Assembly: GCA_004431415.1 (NCBI GenBank)
Contig: QPMI01000510.1
Coordinates: 124,001-188,000 of the forward strand
From: Cyanophora paradoxa CCMP329
Taxonomy: Eukaryota; Plantae; Glaucophyta
Reading direction: 5' to 3'
Length of the DNA stretch: 64,000 nucleotides
The notes under the pieces: generated by a model
The model's database searches: none
What the model was told of the DNA's origin: nothing
What the model saw: the letters and a program-made list of their open reading frames with translations, nothing else
Position numbers and translations under genes: made by a program
Shown: in pieces, positions 61,847 through 64,000 of the stretch
How positions within the stretch are numbered: position 1 is the first letter of the stretch
Layout: each line of letters starts with the position of its first letter

Positions 61847-64000
61847 CTACACATAGATGCGATTCGGCCTTTTGCAATTGGGTCGGCGGCACTCGGGGCA
61901 TTTGCATATTTGCTCTTGGCTGCTGTCGTCGAGGGGTTCCGACTGGAGGCCCGGAGGTCGTGAATTCGAAGAATGTGGGAATGTGACTACGTCAAGCACG
62001 TACCGAATACTTCACGTGAGGGGATCACTGGCTCAATGTCTAACAAAGCATAAAACCCAAAACGATATCTGTCACCAACCATCACTGGTCGAAGCTCGAC
62101 GTTCGGTTTGCAGCTGTGATTCTGCAGCACTGGCAGCCCCCGGCTGCCATATCCAGCAACCTGCACGCGCAGCCTGTTCAGCAAGTAGGAAGGGTACTTG
62201 TAATTGGAAGAAAGAACGGAATAACCAGTTGAGAAGATGTTTCAGTCGAACATGCGTTGTGAGCCGCGTAGCTTTCGACCGGGAACTTGCTCTGGACTGT
62301 TGCATTTGTTCCCAGAAGCTCTCCCAAAACATGCCTGCTCGTATTCTGGGGGCCCACTTCGGGTTCCGGATGCCAACACCACAGTCATTCTGCTCGTCGA
62401 AAACTTCACGGAAATACTTGAAGACTGACCCACGATCTTGAAGTTCCGATTTCCGCAATCGGTAGTGCCATAAGAGCAGTTGAAGGAGTGCACTGGTATT
62501 CGGAAACAATGTTGTGGCAAGCAGGAGAATCGCGGCAAAGAAGCAGACGTGACCCGTGGCCCGAAGCAGACGCAGCAATCATGGCTCAGTTGTTCTCTCA
62601 CTGCCGCGCGGAACAGCGCGGTCAAAAATCGAACAGCGCTAGAACAACGCTCACGAACCGGCTTTTGGAATATGTGGAAACTGGAAGTTAGAATTGTAGC
62701 CTTGATAACCTCATTCATCCGCTTTTTTGCCAGCTCCGATCCATCATGTGAAATTCGGGCCTGGTTTGGAGGGCGAGTATGATAAAGTTTCTGAACGTGT
62801 TCCAGGATGTGCGGAGAGGACTCAATTCTGGAGTTCTGAGCTCGGACTTCCGAGATGTACCTGCAAACGAGCACATGAAAGGAAGAATACGAAGCTGAAC
62901 CTCCGAACCTGAGTTCAAGTTCTTTGATGTGCTCTTCAGGGGAAGCCGTGATATCGTGATTGATGAAACGCGCCATAAGGTGCAGAGTAAGTTTCTCCTT
63001 GATTCTTCGAGAGAAATCGGATACGTGTACGAAGCCTGCTTCTCGTATTCTTCTCATGCAGCTGCCTGTTGGGTACCACATCTGCAACGTCGGAGGCCTA
63101 ACGGCGCCAGACGCGTCGAGAAATGTCGTTCAGACATTCAGACAACTGGAGTAAGAAGTCGCCTGCATGGACTCCGCACTGCCGTTAAGCTTCAGTACCG
63201 GTAAATTTCAGCAATGCGAGCAATTGAAATGCGACGACAATGTGAACGCGTCCTGAGCAGTTGACGTGGAGCAGGGAAATAAATCGATTCGACGACACGG
63301 TCCTCAAGTCGTGTTTCCGGCAACCAGCGGTCCACATCCTCGCATGCTCGAAAGCATCTCACCAGCGATGACAGCCGAGTTTTGAAAGTAGGTCCCAAGA
63401 GAATCGTAAAAAACCATTCCCGGCCATCCGAGAAACTCAAAAGCACGTGAGCAGTCCTTTGCGATGAAAAAATAAGCGAAACGATATTGTTATACGTTAA
63501 AAGAAATAGATTACCAGTGGAATGCCTCTTCCAATACGAAGGCGACCCGGGCGCTGGTTTGCGGTGCCGTTCCAGAGATGCAATCTTGGAGACAATGCTC
63601 TCAACGACATTTCCATGGAATTCTAGGGGTCGGATTCCAAGTTGACGCATCAACTGTTTCGCACCAACAATCTCCAAAACTGTTTATAATTATGCTCGAA
63701 ATTAGGCATGGAAGACTTTGAGATGATCATTACGCACAATTCTGCATGTGGATGTCATTGAAAGGGTCACCCAGCGTGTGCTCTGGAAGAAAAGCGAAGC
63801 CTCCCGTGAATTCCGGCAACTCCGGCACGTCAGCAAGCGGACGCTCAAGTCGTTCTGGTTCGAGGCGAAACACGTGAAATGCGTCCACGTTGTACGTTGA
63901 GTACAATCCTTGAGGGACAGTTCGTGGCCGAAGCCTTGCTGCCTTGAAACTGAATCTGAATTCCCGTCGATCACCTTGTGGCGCAGCTGAGAATTCCCAG
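61847..64000 (-). CDS. AWS/pre-SET - SET - post-SET lysine methyltransferase-like gene with frameshifts; 5' end outside window
   Basis: Cys cluster ending DCGNR; CGVGIR...IRAGMF(L)GELLG; NHSCKPNVE...RFGFYALLDIEP(G)DPLT(V)KY; post-SET ICKCPEC; stop at 61847-61849. Several single-base deletions must be assumed to join the motifs. Confidence 0.8.

Larger units (their letters stand above)
48887..64000. mobile_element. Large En/Spm (CACTA/CMC)-type DNA transposon, >15 kb, right end beyond the window
   Basis: Begins CACTG inside a host exon, followed by a subterminal GTAAA array. Composition is lower-GC than the 1-36 kb host genes. Contains a TnpD-like transposase, and the host gene's 3' half is absent from the window. 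Confidence 0.85.

Noticed and set aside
63985-64000. Right TIR of the element at the window edge (…TTCCCAG)
   Set aside because: Only ~6 bp match the left end, there is no subterminal array, and coding sequence continues to the edge.

Overview
Eukaryotic nuclear DNA. It is very GC-rich and gene-dense, with many short G/C-run introns, many of which use GC rather than GT donors. A plastid transit peptide starting MAF together with ciliary genes (CEP19, TTLL, NPHP3-like) points to a flagellated alga with a primary plastid; a glaucophyte (Cyanophora-like) is an inference. Most ORF-track entries are GC-rich shadow ORFs, so the gene models below were spliced by eye and their coordinates are genomic spans. 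1-36 kb holds host genes: hybrid histidine kinase, TTLL, FkbM methyltransferase, kelch/NSP-like, Tat-targeted heme peroxidase, two paralogous small Trp-rich orphans, coiled-coil protein, CEP19, NmrA with a CaaX tail, CBM20-coiled-coil, MEP50-like WD40, RING-H2 ligase and signal peptidase I. 36.7-42.3 kb appears to be one large Cys-rich/FN3-like gene. 42.5-46.3 kb is an intergenic zone bracketed by palindrome-built low-complexity tracts. At 48887 an NPHP3/TEP1-like NACHT gene is cut mid-exon by a >15 kb CACTG-ended En/Spm (CACTA)-type element. It has 14-bp-periodic subterminal repeats, a TnpD-type transposase, a divergent TnpA-like gene, an orphan gene with a hairpin minisatellite and, most notably, an AWS-SET-postSET histone-methyltransferase-like gene. 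The element appears to run past the window end.
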